Positions 63,126 to 64,000 of a stretch of DNA of 64,000 bases are shown here, one piece after another. This stretch comes from Callorhinchus milii (lineage: Eukaryota), in contig NW_024704743.1 of NCBI RefSeq assembly GCF_018977255.1, forward strand, positions 108,750,001-108,814,000, given 5' to 3'. Position 1 is the stretch's first letter; each line of letters starts with the position of its first letter. The notes below the pieces were generated by a model that was given only the letters and a program-made list of their open reading frames with translations, was not told where the DNA came from and did not search any database. The translations under genes were made by a program, and so were the position numbers.

Positions 63126-64000
63126 TGTGGTGTAGTAACAAACCATTCTCAGGCTCTGCTGTTGCAATGTTAGATGCACATTAAATGAGCAACTGTTTGG
63201 GAATAATGGGGAAATCTGTAAAGCACAGGAAAGGTGAAAAGTCTAGGTTCATTCTAAACGTGTCATGAACGTGATGTACATCTGAGCTATGCTTGGAACA
63301 GAGTGTTCAGGTTTTGTGCAGACACATAAATTTAAGCCAGTGAAAAAGGGGATCATCAGTGCCCTCCACATCCTTGATGCATGACATTCACATAGCAGGA
63401 ATTAATGATTATTATATCATTACTGCAGCTTTATTGAGAAATAATCTACTGTTGATGACTGGGAAATTCTGCGTCCAGTATCATAAAATAACACTTGTGA
63501 CTGAATCTTTTGTTCAATAAATAAGAGAGGTGATGTAACAATCATCAGGATGGCTGTGTGTTCAGTAAGGTCATTGTGTGGTCTGGATTAAATGTGTATC
63601 CAATGTAGCGGCAACAACTTTCATTTATGTAGTGCCCTTCACGTAATGCAATGGTAGCCGACATATGGCCCTCAGGCCAGAAGTGGCCCACGGTGCCGTC
63701 ACAGTACGAACCCCACCCCTACACTGAATATTTGCACGCGTTAGGTAAGTCCACGTTCGATCGTTCGTGTATTTTCAGTTTGTTCGTGATTGAACATTTC
63801 TTGATTTATGGCATAAATTCTCGTTCTCATAGATCATTCCGCGAAGGGTATGGGGAGGAGAGGGTAGCAAGGTCTAAGAGATTCAGTCTTCTTGACAAAA
63901 CCTACACTAATAAGGAAGCGTCGTGCTGGTGAAACTGCTGAGGAGATTCATAGAAAAATAATAAATGTTAATTAATACTGGAAGAGGGTGGAAGCTAAAA

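Overview
Repeat-rich vertebrate genomic DNA. The L2/CR1 LINE and Deu-type SINE content suggests a cartilaginous fish, probably a chimaera; this is an inference. Most of the window (1-53167) appears to be the very long first intron of a minus-strand CYP7/CYP8-clan cytochrome P450 gene, most likely CYP7B1-like, whose first coding exon is at 53168-53250. The intron holds an RPAP2 processed pseudogene (~40131-40915), many SINE/LINE fragments and repeat-poor blocks that may be enhancers. The standout is a very young 6017-bp endogenous retrovirus (45679-51695, +). It has 640-bp LTRs differing at 3 sites, an ATTTT target-site duplication and a perfect tRNA-Pro primer-binding site. Gag runs into protease with no stop, followed by a 2H-phosphoesterase-like domain (HCT...HVS) and then an in-frame UGA-CUG ahead of Pol. 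The RT catalytic core, the integrase DDE core and most of Env have each been removed by in-frame deletions, leaving open Pol and Env frames. It reads as a minimised, non-autonomous retrovirus carrying a candidate immune-antagonist phosphodiesterase. All family calls come from motif recognition by eye; no database searches were run.
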